From: Balanoglossus misakiensis
Lineage: Eukaryota > Animalia > Hemichordata
Length of the DNA: 64,000 nt
Assembly: GCA_040954595.2 (NCBI GenBank)
Contig: CM082598.2
Location: 6,773,097 to 6,837,096 of the forward strand
Reading direction: 5' to 3'
The translations under genes and the position numbers were made by a program. This document shows, piece by piece, positions 27,501 through 42,500 of this stretch (its first letter is position 1; each line of letters begins with the position of its first letter). The notes under the pieces were generated by a model that saw only the letters and a program-made list of their open reading frames with translations, had not been told where the DNA came from and ran no database searches.

Positions 27501-30500
27501 GGGAATTCTCGGGGCTCACAATCTGTGTCATGGGAATTCTCGGGACTCGCAAACTGTGTTATGGGAATTCTCGGGGCTCGCAAACTGTGTTATGGGAATT
27601 CTTGGGGCTCACAAACTGTGTTATAGGAATTCTTGGGGGTCACAGACTGTGTTATGGTAATTCTTGGGGCTCACAAACTATGTTATGGGAATTCTCGGGG
27701 CTCACAAACTGTGTCATGGGAATTCTCGGGTCTCGCTAACTGTGTGATGGGAATTCTCGGGCTCGCTAACTGTGTTATGGGAATTCTTGGGGCTCACAAA
27801 CTGTGTTATGGGAATTCTTGGGGCTCGCTAACTGTGTTATGGGAATTCTTGGGGCTCACAAACTGTGTTATGGGAATTCTTGGGGCTCACAAACTGTGTT
27901 ATGGGAATTCTCGGGGCTCACAATCTGTGTTATGGGAATTCTCGGGGCTCACAAACTGTGTTATGGGAATTCTCGGGGCTCGCTAACTGTGTTATGGGAA
28001 TTCTCGGGGCTCGCTAACTGTGTTATGGGAATTCTTGGGGCTCACAAACTGTGTTATGGGAATTCTTGGGGCTCACAAACTGTGTTATGGGAATTCTTGG
28101 GGCTCGCTAACTGTGTTATGGGAATTCTTGGGGCTCACAAACTGTGTTATGGGAATTCTTGGGGCTCACAAACTGTGTTATGGGAATTCTCGGGGCTCAC
28201 AATCTGTGTTATGGGAATTCTCGGGGCTCACAAACTGTGTTATGGGAATTCTCGGGGCTCACAAACTGTGTTATGGGAATTCTCGGGGCTCACAATCTGT
28301 GTTATGGGAATTCTCGGGGCTCACAATCTGTGTTATAGGAATTCTCGGAGCTCACAAACTGTGTTATGGGAATTCTCGGGGCTCACAAACTGTGTTATAG
28401 GAATTCTCGGGGCTCGCAAACTGTGTTATAGGAATTCTTGGGGCTCACAAACTGTGTTATGGGAATTCTCGGGGCTCGCAAACTGTGTTATGGGAATTCT
28501 TGGGGCTCACAAACTGTGTTATAGGAATTCTTGGGGGTCACAGATTGTGTTATGGGAATTCTTGGGGCTCACAAACTGTGTTATGGGAATTCTCGGGGCT
28601 CACAAACTGTGTTATGGGAAATCTCGGGGCTCACAATCTGTGTTATGGGAATTCTCGGGGCTCACAATCTGTGTTATGGGAATTCTCGGGGCTCACAAAC
28701 TGTGTTATGGGAATTCTCGGGGCTCACAAGCTGTGTTATGGGAATTCTCGGGGCTCACAATCTGTGTCATGGGAATTCTCGGGACTCGCAAACTGTGTTA
28801 TGGGAATTCTCGGGGCTCGCAAACTGTGTTATGGGAATTCTTGGGGCTCACAAACTGTGTTATGGGAAATCTCGGGGCTCACAATCTGTGTTATGGGAAT
28901 TCTCGGGGCTCACAATCTGTGTTATGGGAATTCTCGGGGCTCACAAACTGTGTTATGGGAATTCTCGGGGCTCACAAGCTGTGTTATGGGAATTCTCGGG
29001 GCTCACAATCTGTGTCATGGGAATTCTCGGGACTCGCAAACTGTGTTATGGGAATTCTCGGGGCTCGCAAACTGTGTTATGGGAATTCTTGGGGCTCACA
29101 AACTGTGTTATAGGAATTCTTGGGGGTCACAGACTGTGTTATGGTAATTCTTGGGGCTCACAAACTGTGTTATGGGAATTCTCGGGGCTCACAATCTGTG
29201 TTATGGGAATTCTCGGGGCTCACAAACTGTGTTATGGGAATTCTCGGGGCTCACAAGCTGTGTTATGGGAATTCTCGGGGCTCACAATCTGTGTCATGGG
29301 AATTCTCGGGACTCGCAAACTGTGTTATGGGAATTCTCGGGGCTCGCAAACTGTGTTATGGGAATTCTTGGGGCTCACAAACTGTGTTATAGGAATTCTT
29401 GGGGGTCACAGACTGTGTTATGGTAATTCTTGGGGCTCACAAACTGTGTTATGGGAATTCTCGGGGCTCACAAACTGTGTTATGTTAATTCTTGGGGCTC
29501 ACAAACTGTGTTATGGGAATTCTCGGGGCTCACAAACTGTGTTATGGGAATTCTCGGGGCTCACAAACTGTGTTATGGGAATTCTCGGGGCTCACAAACT
29601 GTGTTATGGGAATTCTCGGGGCTCACAAACTGTGTTATAGGAATTCTCGGGGCTCACAAACTGTGTCATGGGAATTCTCGGGGCTCGCTAACTGTGTTAT
29701 GGGAATTCTCGGGGCTCACAATCTGTGTTATGGGAATTCTCGGGGCTCACAAACTGTGTTATGGGAATTCTCGGGGCTCACAAGCTGTGTTATGGGAAAT
29801 CTCGGGGCTCACAATCTGTGTCATGGGAATTCTCGGGACTCGCAATCTGTGTCATGGGAATTCTCGGGACTCGCAAACTGTGTTATGGGAATTCTCGGGG
29901 CTCGCAAACTGTGTAATGGGAATTCTCGGGGCTCACAAACTGTGTTATGGGAATTCTTGAGGCTCACAAACTGTGTTATGGGAATTCTTGGGGCTCACAA
30001 ACTGTGTTATGGGAATTCTCGGGGCTCACAATCTGTGTCATGGGAATTCTCGGGGCTCATAAACTGTGTTATGGGAATTCTCGGGGCTCACAAACTGTGT
30101 GATGGGAATTCTTGGGGCTCACAAACTGTGTTATGGGAATTCTCGGGGCTCACAAACTGTGTCATGGGAATTCTCGGGTCTCGCTAACTGTGTGATGGGA
30201 ATTCTCGGGGCTCGCTAACTGTGTTATGGGAATTCTTGGGGCTCACAAACTGTGTTATGGGAATTCTTGGGGCTCACAAACTGTGTTATGGGAATTCTCG
30301 GGGCTCACAAACTGTGTGATGGGAATTCTTGGGACTCACAAACTGTGTTATGGGAATTCTCGGGGCTCACAAACTGTGTCATGGGAATTCTCGGGTCTCG
30401 CTAACTGTGTGATGGGAATTCTCGGGGCTCGCTAACTGTGTTATGGGAATTCTTGGGGCTCACAAACTGTGTTATGGGAATTCTTGGGGCTCACAAACTG

Positions 30501-33500
30501 TGTTATGGGAATTCTCGGGGCTCACAATCTGTGTTATGGGAATTCTCGGGGCTCACAAACTGTGTTATGGGAATTCTCGGGGCTCGCTAACTGTGTTATG
30601 GGAATTCTTGGGGCTCACAAACTGTGTTATGGGAATTCTCGGGGCTCACGAACTGTGTTATGGGAATTCTCGGGGCTCACAAACTGTGTTATGGGAATTC
30701 TCGGGGCTCACAATCTGTGTTATGGGAATTCTTGGGGCTCACAAACTGTGTTATGGGAATTCTCGGGGCTCACAATCTGTGTTATGGGAATTCTCGGGGC
30801 TCACAAACTGTGTTATGGGAATTCTCGGGGCTCACAATCTGTGTTATGGGAATTCTCGGGGCTCACAATCTGTGTTATGGGAATTCTCGGGGCTCACAAA
30901 CTGTGTTATGGGAATTCTCGGGGCTCGCTAACTATGTTATGGGAATTCTTGGGGCTCACAAACTGTGTTATGGGAATTCTCGGGGCTCACAAACTGTGTT
31001 ATGGGAATTCTCGGGGCTCACAAACTGTGTTATGGGAATTCTCGGGGCTCACAAACTGTGTGATGGGAATTCTTGGGGCTCACAAACTGTGTTATGGGAA
31101 TTCTCGGGGCTCACAAACTGTGTCATGGGAATTCTTGGGTCTCGCTAACTGTGTGATGGGAATTCTTGGGGCTCACAAACTGTGTTATGGGAATTCTCGG
31201 GGCTCACAATCTGTGTTATGGGAATTCTCGGGGCTCACAAACTGTGTTATGGGAATTCTCGGGGCTCACAAACTGTGTGATGGGAATTCTTGGGGCTCAC
31301 AAACTGTGTTATGGGAATTCTCGGGGCTCGCTAACTGTGTTATGGGAATTCTTGGGGCTCACAAACTGTGTTATGGGAATTCTCGGGGCTCACAAACTGT
31401 GTTATGGGAATTCTCGGGGCTCACAAACTGTGTGATGGGAATTCTCGGGTCTCGCTAACTGTGTTATGGGAATTCTCGGGGCTCGCTAACTGTGTTATGG
31501 GAATTCTTGGGGCTCACAAACTGTGTTATGGGAATTCTCGGGGCTCACAAACTGTGTTATGGGAATTCTCGGGGCTCACAAACTGTGTGATGGGAATTCT
31601 TGGGGCTCACAAACTGTGTTATGGGAATTCTCGGGGCTCACAATCTGTGTTATGGGAATTCTTGGGGCTCACAATCTGTGTTATGGGAATTCTCGGGGCT
31701 CACAAACTGTGTTATGGGAATTCTCGGGGCTCGCTAACTGTGTTATGGGAATTCTCGGGGCACACAAACTGTGTTATGGGAATTCTTGGGGCTCACAAAC
31801 TGTGTTATGGGAATTCTCGGGGCTCACAAACTGTGTGATGGGAATTCTTGGGGCTCACAAACTATGTTATGGGAATTCTCGGGGCTCACAAACTGTGTCA
31901 TGGGAATTCTCGGGTCTCGCTAACTGTGTGATGGGAATTCTCGGGCTCGCTAACTGTGTTATGGGAATTCTTGGGGCTCACAAACTGTGTTATGGGAATT
32001 CTTGGGGCTCGCTAACTGTGTTATGGGAATTCTTGGGGCTCACAAACTGTGTTATGGGAATTCTTGGGGCTCACAAACTGTGTTATGGGAATTCTCGGGG
32101 CTCACAATCTGTGTTATGGGAATTCTCGGGGCTCACAAACTGTGTTATGGGAATTCTCGGGGCTCGCTAACTGTGTTATGGGAATTCTCGGGGCTCGCTA
32201 ACTGTGTTATGGGAATTCTTGGGGCTCACAAACTGTGTTATGGGAATTCTTGGGGCTCACAAACTGTGTTATGGGAATTCTTGGGGCTCGCTAACTGTGT
32301 TATGGGAATTCTTGGGGCTCACAAACTGTGTTATGGGAATTCTTGGGGCTCACAAACTGTGTTATGGGAATTCTCGGGGCTCACAAACTGTGTTATGGGA
32401 ATTCTCGGGGCTCACAAACTGTGTTATGGGAATTCTCGGGGCTCACAAACTGTGTTATGGTAATTCTTGGGGCTCACAAACTGTGATATGGGAATTCTCG
32501 GGGCTCGCAAACCGTGTTATAGGAATTCTCGGGGCTCACAAACTGTGTTATAGGAATTCTCGGGGCTCACAAACTGTGTTATGGGAATTCTCGGGGCTCA
32601 CAAACTGTGATAAGGGAATTCTCGGGGCTCACAAACCGTGTTATAGGAATTCTCGGGGCTCACAAACTGTGTTATAGGAATTCTCGGGGCTCACAAACTG
32701 TGTTATGGGAATTCTCGGGGCTCACAAGCTGTGTTATGGGAAATCTCGGGGCTCACAATCTGTGTCATGGGAATTCTCGGGACTCGCAATCTGTGTCATG
32801 GGAATTCTCGGGACTCGCAAACTGTGTTATGGGAATTCTCGGGGCTCGCAAACTGTGTAATGGGAATTCTCGGGGCTCACAAACTGTGTTATGGGAATTC
32901 TTGAGGCTCACAAACTGTGTTATGGGAATTCTTGGGGCTCACAAACTGTGTTATGGGAATTCTCGGGGCTCACAATCTGTGTCATGGGAATTCTCGGGGC
33001 TCATAAACTGTGTTATGGGAATTCTCGGGGCTCACAAACTGTGTGATGGGAATTCTTGGGGCTCACAAACTGTGTTATGGGAATTCTCGGGGCTCACAAA
33101 CTGTGTCATGGGAATTCTCGGGTCTCGCTAACTGTGTGATGGGAATTCTCGGGGCTCGCTAACTGTGTTATGGGAATTCTTGGGGCTCACAAACTGTGTT
33201 ATGGGAATTCTTGGGGCTCACAAACTGTGTTATGGGAATTCTCGGGGCTCACAAACTGTGTGATGGGAATTCTTGGGACTCACAAACTGTGTTATGGGAA
33301 TTCTCGGGGCTCACAAACTGTGTCATGGGAATTCTCGGGTCTCGCTAACTGTGTGATGGGAATTCTCGGGGCTCGCTAACTGTGTTATGGGAATTCTTGG
33401 GGCTCACAAACTGTGTTATGGGAATTCTTGGGGCTCACAAACTGTGTTATGGGAATTCTCGGGGCTCACAATCTGTGTTATGGGAATTCTCGGGGCTCAC

Positions 33501-36500
33501 AAACTGTGTTATGGGAATTCTCGGGGCTCGCTAACTGTGTTATGGGAATTCTTGGGGCTCACAAACTGTGTTATGGGAATTCTCGGGGCTCACGAACTGT
33601 GTTATGGGAATTCTCGGGGCTCACAAACTGTGTTATGGGAATTCTCGGGGCTCACAATCTGTGTTATGGGAATTCTTGGGGCTCACAAACTGTGTTATGG
33701 GAATTCTCGGGGCTCACAATCTGTGTTATGGGAATTCTCGGGGCTCACAAACTGTGTTATGGGAATTCTCGGGGCTCACAATCTGTGTTATGGGAATTCT
33801 CGGGGCTCACAATCTGTGTTATGGGAATTCTCGGGGCTCACAAACTGTGTTATGGGAATTCTCGGGGCTCGCTAACTGTGTTATGGGAATTCTTGGGGCT
33901 CACAAACTGTGTTATGGGAATTCTCGGGGCTCACAAACTGTGTTATGGGAATTCTCGGGGCTCACAAACTGTGTTATGGGAATTCTCGGGGCTCACAAAC
34001 TGTGTGATGGGAATTCTTGGGGCTCACAAACTGTGTTATGGGAATTCTCGGGGCTCACAAACTGTGTCATGGGAATTCTTGGGTCTCGCTAACTGTGTGA
34101 TGGGAATTCTTGGGGCTCACAAACTGTGTTATGGGAATTCTCGGGGCTCACAATCTGTGTTATGGGAATTCTCGGGGCTCACAAACTGTGTTATGGGAAT
34201 TCTCGGGGCTCACAAACTGTGTGATGGGAATTCTTGGGGCTCACAAACTGTGTTATGGGAATTCTCGGGGCTCGCTAACTGTGTTATGGGAATTCTTGGG
34301 GCTCACAAACTGTGTTATGGGAATTCTCGGGGCTCACAAACTGTGTTATGGGAATTCTCGGGGCTCACAAACTGTGTGATGGGAATTCTCGGGTCTCGCT
34401 AACTGTGTTATGGGAATTCTCGGGGCTCGCTAACTGTGTTATGGGAATTCTTGGGGCTCACAAACTGTGTTATGGGAATTCTCGGGGCTCACAAACTGTG
34501 TTATGGGAATTCTCGGGGCTCACAAACTGTGTGATGGGAATTCTTGGGGCTCACAAACTGTGTTATGGGAATTCTCGGGGCTCACAATCTGTGTTATGGG
34601 AATTCTTGGGGCTCACAATCTGTGTTATGGGAATTCTCGGGGCTCACAAACTGTGTTATGGGAATTCTCGGGGCTCGCTAACTGTGTTATGGGAATTCTC
34701 GGGGCACACAAACTGTGTTATGGGAATTCTTGGGGCTCACAAACTGTGTTATGGGAATTCTCGGGGCTCACAAACTGTGTGATGGGAATTCTTGGGGCTC
34801 ACAAACTATGTTATGGGAATTCTCGGGGCTCACAAACTGTGTCATGGGAATTCTCGGGTCTCGCTAACTGTGTGATGGGAATTCTCGGGCTCGCTAACTG
34901 TGTTATGGGAATTCTTGGGGCTCACAAACTGTGTTATGGGAATTCTTGGGGCTCGCTAACTGTGTTATGGGAATTCTTGGGGCTCACAAACTGTGTTATG
35001 GGAATTCTTGGGGCTCACAAACTGTGTTATGGGAATTCTCGGGGCTCACAATCTGTGTTATGGGAATTCTCGGGGCTCACAAACTGTGTTATGGGAATTC
35101 TCGGGGCTCGCTAACTGTGTTATGGGAATTCTCGGGGCTCGCTAACTGTGTTATGGGAATTCTTGGGGCTCACAAACTGTGTTATGGGAATTCTTGGGGC
35201 TCACAAACTGTGTTATGGGAATTCTTGGGGCTCGCTAACTGTGTTATGGGAATTCTTGGGGCTCACAAACTGTGTTATGGGAATTCTTGGGGCTCACAAA
35301 CTGTGTTATGGGAATTCTCGGGGCTCACAATCTGTGTTATGGGAATTCTCGGGGCTCACAAACTGTGTTATGGGAATTCTCGGGGCTCGCTAACTGTGTT
35401 ATGGGAATTCTCGGGGCTCGCTAACTGTGTTATGGGAATTCTTGGGGCTCACAAACTGTGTTATGGGAATTCTCGGGGCTCACAAACTCTGTTATGGGAA
35501 TTCTCGGGGCTCACAAACTGTGTTATGGGAATTCTCGGGGCTCACAATCTGTGTCATGGGAATTCTCGGGGCTCACAAATTGTGTTATGGGAATTCTCGG
35601 GGCTCACAAACTGTGTGATGGGAATTCTTGGGGCTCACAAACTGTGTTATGGGAATTCTCGGGGCTCACAAACTGTGTCATGGGAATTCTTGGGTCTCGC
35701 TAACTGTGTGATGGGAATTCTCGGGGCTCGCTAACTGTGTTATGGGAATTCTTGGGGCTCACAAACTGTGTTATGGGAATTCTCGGGGCTCACAAACTGT
35801 GTCATGGGACTTCTCGGGTCTCGCTAACTGTGTGATGGGAATTCTCGGGGCTCGCTAACTGTGTTATGGGAATTTTTGGGGCTCACAAACTGTGTTATGG
35901 GAATTCTCGGGGCTCACAAACTGTGTGATGGGAATTCTTGGGGCTCACAAACTGTGTTATGGGAATTCTCGGGGCTCACAAACTGTGTCATGGGAATTCT
36001 CGGGTCTCGCTAACTGTGTTATGGGAATTCTCGGGGCTCGCTAACTGTGTTATGGAAATTCTTGGGGCTCACAAACTGTGTTATGGGAATTCTCGGGGCT
36101 CGCAAACTGTGTTATGGGAATTCTCGGGTCTCACAATCTGTGTTATAGGAATTCTCGGGTCTCACAATCTGTGTTATGGGAATTCTCGGGGCTCACAAAC
36201 TGTGTTATGGGAATTCTCGGGGCTCACAAACTGTGTCATGGGAATTCTCGGGTCTCACAATCTGTGTCATGGGAATTCTCGGGGCTCACAAACTGTGTTA
36301 TGGGAATTCTTGGGGCTCACAAACTGTGTTATGGGAATTCTCGGGGCTCGCAAACTGTGTTATGGGAATTCTCGGGTCTCACAATCTGTGTTATGGGAAT
36401 TCTCGGGTCTCACAATCTGTGTTATGGGAATTCTCGGGGCTCACAAACTGTGTTATGGGAATTCTCGGGGCTCACAAACTGTGTCATGGGAATTCTCGGG

Positions 36501-39500
36501 TCTCACAATCTGTGTCATGGGAATTCTCGGGGCTCACAAACTGTGTTATGGGAATTCTCGGGGCTCGCTAACTGTGTTATGGGAATTCTTGGGGCTCACA
36601 AACTGTGTTATGGGAATTCTCGGGGCTCACAAACTGTGTCATGGGAATTCTCGGGGCTCACAAACTGTGTGATGGGAATTCTCGGGGCTCACAAACTGTG
36701 TTATGGGAATTCTCGGGGCTCACAAACTGTGTTATAGGAATTCTCGGGGCTCACAAACTGTGTCCTCGGGGCTCACAAAAAGTGTTATGGGAATTCTTGG
36801 GGCTCACAAACTGTGTTATGGGAATTCTCGGGGCTCACAAACTGTGTTATGGGAATTCTCGGGGCTCGCAAACTGTGTTATGGGAATTCTCGGGGCTCAC
36901 AAACTGTGTTATGGGAATTCTCGGGGCTCACAAACTGTGTTATAGGAATTCTCGGGGCTCACAAACTGTGTTATGGGAATTCTCGGGGCTCAGAAACTGT
37001 GTTATGGGAATTCTCGGGGCTCGCAAACTGTGTTATGGGAATTCTCGGGGCTCACAAACTGTGTTATGGGAATTCTCGGGGCTCGCAAACTGTGTTATGG
37101 GAATTCTCGGGGCTCAGAAACTGTGTTATGGGAATTCTCGGGGCTCGCAAACTGTGTTATGGGAATTCTCGGGGCTCACAAACTGTGTTATGGGAATTCT
37201 CGGGGCTCACAAACTGTGTTATAGGAATTCTCGGGGCTCACAAACTGTGTTATGGGAATTCTCGGGGCTCACAAACTGTGTTATAGGAATTCTCGGGGCT
37301 CACAAACTGTGTTCTCGGGGCTCGCAAACTGTGTTATGGGAATTCTCGGGGCTCACAAACTGTGTCATGGGAATTCTCGGGGCTCACAAACTGTGTGATG
37401 GGAATTCTCGGGGCTCGCAAACTGTGTTATGGGAATTCTTGGGGCTCTCAAACTGTGTTATGGGAATTCTCGGGGCTCACAAACTGTGTTATGGGAATTC
37501 TCGGGGCTCGCAAACTGTGTTATGGGAATTCTCGGGGCACACAAACTGTGTTATGGGAATTCTCGGGGCTCGCAAACTGTGTTATGGGAATTCTTGGGGC
37601 TCACAAACTGTGTTATGGGAATTCTCGGGGCTCACAAACTGTGTTATGGGAATTCTCGGGGCTCACAAACTGTGTTATGGGAAATCTCGGGGCTCACAAT
37701 CTGTGTTATGGGAATTCTCGGGTCTCACAATCTGTGTCATGGGAATTCTCGGGGCTCACAATCTGTGTTATGGGAATTCTCGGGTCTCACAATCTGTGTC
37801 ATGGGAATTCTCGGGGCTCACAAACTGTGTTATGGGAATTCTCGGGGCTCACAAACTGTGTTATGGGAATTCTGGGGGCTCACAAACTGTGTTATGGGAA
37901 TTCTGGGGGCTCACAATCTGTGTCATGGGAATTCTCGGGGCTCACAAATTGTGTTATGGGAATTCTCGGGGCTCACAAACTGTGTGATGGGAATTCTTGG
38001 GGCTCACAAACTGTGTTATGGGAATTCTCGGGGCTCACAAACTGTGTCATGGGAATTCTTGGGTCTCGCTAACTGTGTGATGGGAATTCTCGGGGCTCGC
38101 TAACTGTGTTATGGGAATTCTTGGGGCTCACAAACTGTGTTATGGGAATTCTCGGGGCTCACAAACTGTGTCATGGGACTTCTCGAGTCTCGCTAACTGT
38201 GTGATGGGAATTCTCGGGGCTCGCTAACTGTGTTATGGGAATTCTTGGGGCTCACAAACTGTGTTATGGGAATTCTCGGGGCTCACAAACTGTGTTATGG
38301 GAATTCTTGGGGCTCACAAACTGTGTTATGGGAATTCTCGGGGCTCACAAACTGTGTCATGGGAATTCTCGGGTCTCGCTAACTGTGTTATGGGAATTCT
38401 CGGGGCTCGCTAACTGTGTTATGGGAATTCTCGGGGCTCGCAAACTGTGTTATGGGAATTCTCGGGTCTCACAATCTGTGTTATGGGAATTCTCGGGTCT
38501 CACAATCTGTGTTATGGGAATTCTCGGGGCTCACAAACTGTGTTATGGGAATTCTCGGGGCTCACAAACTGTGTCATGGGAATTCTCGGGTCTCACAATC
38601 TGTGTCATGGGAATTCTCGGGGCTCACAAACTGTGTTATGGGAATTCTTGGGGCTCACAAACTGTGTTATGGGAATTCTCGGGGCTCGCAAACTGTGTTA
38701 TGGGAATTCTCGGGTCTCACAATCTGTGTTATGGGAATTCTCGGGTCTCACAATCTGTGTTATGGGAATTCTCGGGGCTCACAAACTGTGTTATGGGAAT
38801 TCTCGGGGCTCACAAACTGTGTCATGGGAATTCTCGGGTCTCACAATCTGTGTCATGGGAATTCTCGGGGCTCACAAACTGTGTTATGGGAATTCTCGGG
38901 GCTCGCTAACTGTGTTATGGGAATTCTTGGGGCTCACAAACTGTGTTATGGGAATTCTCGGGGCTCACAAACTGTGTCATGGGAATTCTCGGGGCTCACA
39001 AACTGTGTGATGGGAATTCTCGGGGCTCACAAACTGTGTTATGGGAATTCTCGGGGCTCACAAACTGTGTTATAGGAATTCTCGGGGCTCACAAACTGTG
39101 TTCTCGGGGCTCACAAACTGTGTTATGGGAATTCTTGGGGCTCACAAACTGTGTTATGGGAATTCTCGGGGCTCACAAACTGTGTTATGGGAATTCTCGG
39201 GGCTCGCAAACTGTGTTATGGGAATTCTCGGGGCTCACAAACTGTGTTATGGGAATTCTCGGGGCTCACAAACTGTGTTATAGGAATTCTCGGGGCTCAC
39301 AAACTGTGTTATGGGAATTCTCGGGGCTCAGAAACTGTGTTATGGGAATTCTCGGGGCTCGCAAACTGTGTTATGGGAATTCTCGGGGCTCACAAACTGT
39401 GTTATGGGAATTCTCGGGGCTCGCAAACTGTGTTATGGGAATTCTCGGGGCTCACAAACTGTGTTATGGGAATTCTCGGGGCTCGCAAACTGTGTTATGG

Positions 39501-42500
39501 GAATTCTCGTGGCTCACAAACTGTATTATGGGAATTCTCGGGGCTCACAAACTGTGTTATAGGAATTCTCGGGGCTCACAAACTGTGTTATGGGAATTCT
39601 CGGGGCTCACAAACTGTGTTATAGGAATTCTCGGGGCTCACAAACTGTGTTCTCGGGGCTCGCAAACTGTGTTATGGGAATTCTCGGGGCTCACAAACTG
39701 TGTCATGGGAATTCTCGGGGCTCACAAACTCTGTGATGGGAATTCTCGGGGCTCGCAAACTGTGTTATGGGAATTCTTGGGGCTCTCAAACTGTGTTATG
39801 GGAATTCTCGGGGCTCACAAACTGTGTTATGGGAATTCTCGGGGCTCGCAAACTGTGTTATGGGAATTCTCGGGGCACACAAACTGTGTTATGGGAATTC
39901 TCGGGGCTCGCAAACTGTGTTATGGGAATTCTTGGGGCTCACAAACTGTGTTATGGGAATTCTCGGGGCTCACAAACTGTGTTATGGGAATTCTCGGGGC
40001 TCACAAACTGTGTTATGGGAAATCTCGGGGCTCACAATCTGTGTTATGGGAATTCTCGGGTCTCACAATCTGTGTCATGGGAATTCTCGGGGCTCACAAT
40101 CTGTGTTATGGGAATTCTCGGGTCTCACAATCTGTGTCATGGGAATTCTCGGGGCTCACAAACAGTGTTATGGGAATTCTCGGGGCTCACAAACTGTGTT
40201 ATGGGAATTCTCGGGGCTCACAAACTGTGTTCTCGGGGCTCGCAAACTGTGTTATGGGAATTCTCGGGGCTCACAAACTGTGTCATGGGAATTCTCGGGG
40301 CTCACAAACTGTGTGATGGGAATTCTCGGGGCACACAAACTGTGTTATGGGAATTCTCGCGGCTCGCAAACTGTGTTATGGGAATTCTTGGGGCTCACAA
40401 ACTGTGTTATGGGAATTCTCGGGGCTCACAAACTGTGTTATGGGAATTCTCGGGGCTCACAAACTGTGTTATCGGAATTCTCGGGGCTCACAATCTGTGT
40501 TATGGGAATTCTCGGGGCTCACAATCTGTGTCATGGGAATTCTCGGGGCTCACAATCTGTGTTATGGGAATTCTCGGGGCTTACAATCTGTGTCATGGGA
40601 ATTCTCGGGGCTCACAAACTGTGTTATGGGAATTCTCGGGGCTCACAAACTGTGTTATGGGAATTCTTGGGGCTCACAAACTGTGTTATGGGAATTCTCG
40701 GGGCTCACAAACTGTGTGATGGGAATTCTCGGGGCTCACAAACTGTGTTATGGGAATTCTCGGGGCTCACAAACTGTGTTATAGGAATTCTCGGGGCTCA
40801 CAAACTGTGTTATGGGAATTCTTGGGGCTCACAAACTGTGTTATGGGAATTCTCGGGGCTCACAAACTGTGTTATAGGAATTCTCGGGGCTCGCAAACTG
40901 TGTTATGGGAATTCTTGGGGCTCACAAACTGTGTTATGGGAATTCTCGGGGCTCACAAACTGTGTTATGGGAATTCTCGGGGCTCACAATCTTTGTTATG
41001 GGAATTCTCGGGTCTCACAATCTGTGTCATGGGAATTCTCGGGGCTCGCAAACTGTGTTATTGGAATTCTCGGGTCTCACAATCTGTGTTATGGGAATTC
41101 TCGGGGCTCACAAACTGTGTTATGGGAATTCTCGGGGCTCACAAACTGTGTCATGGGAATTCTCGGGTCTCACAATCTGTGTCATGGGAATTCTCGGGGC
41201 TCACAAACTGTGTTATGGGAATTCTCGGGGCTCGCTAACTGTGTTATGGGAATTCTTGGGGCTCACAAACTGTGTTAAGGGAATTCTCGGGGCTCACAAA
41301 CTGTGTCATGGGAATTCTCGGGGCTCACAAACTGTGTGATGGGAATTCTCGGGGCTCACAAACTGTGTTATGGGAATTCTCGGGGCTCACAAACTGTGTT
41401 ATAGGAATTCTCGGGGCTCACAAACTGTGTTATGGGAATTCTTGGGGCTCACAAACTGTGTTATGGGAATTCTCGGGGCTCACAAACTGTGTTATAGGAA
41501 TTCTCGGGGCTCGCAAACTGTGTTATGGGAATTCTTGGGGCTCACAAACTGTGTTATGGGAATTCTCGGGGCTCACAAACTGTGTTATGGGAATTCTCGG
41601 GGCTCGCAAACTGTGTGATGGGAATTCTTGGGGCTCACAAACTGTGTTATGGGAATTCTCGGGGCTCACAAACTGTGTCATGGGAATTCTCGGGTCTCGC
41701 TAACTGTGTGATGGGAATTCTCGGGGCTCACAAACTGTGTCATGGGAATTCTCGGGGCTCACAAACTGTGTGATGGGAATTCTCGGGGCACACAAACTGT
41801 GTTATGGGAATTCTCGCGGCTCGCAAACTGTGTTATGGGAATTCTTGGGGCTCACAAACTGTGTTATGGGAATTCTCGGGGCTCACAAACTGTGTTATGG
41901 GAATTCTCGGGGCTCACAAACTGTGTTATCGGAATTCTCGGGGCTCACAATCTGTGTTATGGGAATTCTCGGGGCTCACAATCTGTGTCATGGGAATTCT
42001 CGGGGCTCACAATCTGTGTTATGGGAATTCTCGGGGCTCACAATCTGTGTCATGGGAATTCTCGGGGCTCACAAACTGTGTTATGGGAATTCTCGGGGCT
42101 CACAAACTGTGTTATGGGAATTCTCGGGGCTCACAAACTGTGTGATGGGAATTCTCGGGGCTCACAAACTGTGTGATGGGAATTCTCGGGGCTCACAAAC
42201 TGTGTTATGGGAATTCTCGGGGCTCACAAACTGTGTTATAGGAATTCTCGGGGCTCACAAACTGTGTTATGGGAATTCTTGGGGCTCACAAACTGTGTTA
42301 TGGGAATTCTCGGGGCTCACAAACTGTGTTATAGGAATTCTCGGGGCTCGCAAACTGTGTTATGGGAATTCTTGGGGCTCACAAACTGTGTTATGGGAAT
42401 TCTCGGGGCTCACAAACTGTGTTATGGGAATTCTCGGGGCTCACAATCTTTGTTATGGGAATTCTCGGGTCTCACAATCTGTGTCATGGGAATTCTCGGG